A stretch of DNA of 64,000 nt from a virus: positions 1 through 64,000 of IMG/VR virus record IMGVR_UViG_3300020464_000002; one strand, 5' to 3'. Under the pieces are notes generated by a model, which worked only from the letters and a program-made list of their open reading frames with translations, was not told where the DNA came from and ran no database searches. This document shows, one piece after another, positions 63,941-64,000 of the stretch (positions are counted from its first letter, which is position 1; every line of letters begins with the position of its first letter). A program made the position numbers and the translations under genes.

Positions 63941-64000
63941 TAACCCCACTGATCGCTATCACGCCAGCGTTAGCGATCAGCACCAACCACAGTGTAAATA

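Overview
The whole window is one temperate, contractile-tailed phage genome in the excised (attP) configuration. Phage genes lie on both sides of an attachment core (26181-26199) that copies the 3' end of a tmRNA/tRNA-Ala-like gene. The core sits next to a P4-type tyrosine integrase (26400-27563).

Layout:
- 1-25551, + strand, late genes: baseplate and spike, a portal-like gene, three giant putative capsid-cargo proteins interleaved with a holin/endolysin cassette, and a DarB-like methylase-helicase.
- att/int module.
- 27605-32939, leftward early operon: Xis-like protein, ExoX-like exonuclease, RecT.
- 33171-33869: CI-like repressor.
- 33979-41146, rightward early genes: Cro-like, CII-like, Rha/KilAC, a replication initiator with internal iterons, a Dam-family methylase, DUF1064.
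- 41282-64000, late genes again: regulators, a glycine-zipper ejection-like protein, a HIT hydrolase, large terminase, tail fibre, capsid, a triplicated anchor-domain cassette, and sheath.

The strongest signal not explained by genes is ten copies of a TGGAACACCCCTAAA box. Each sits at a fixed distance from a -10-like hexamer and from the start codon, and most are coupled to a gene-specific hairpin that contains the Shine-Dalgarno sequence.

Other candidates are:
- a roughly 17 kb cargo island of giant ORFs;
- a HIT-family enzyme in the head operon;
- a 34-bp TTGCAA-heptad palindrome beside the terminase gene;
- a promoter-to-terminator small-RNA unit and a moron embedded in attP.

All functional calls rest on motifs readable in the translated ORFs. 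No database search or computation was possible, so family assignments are tentative.
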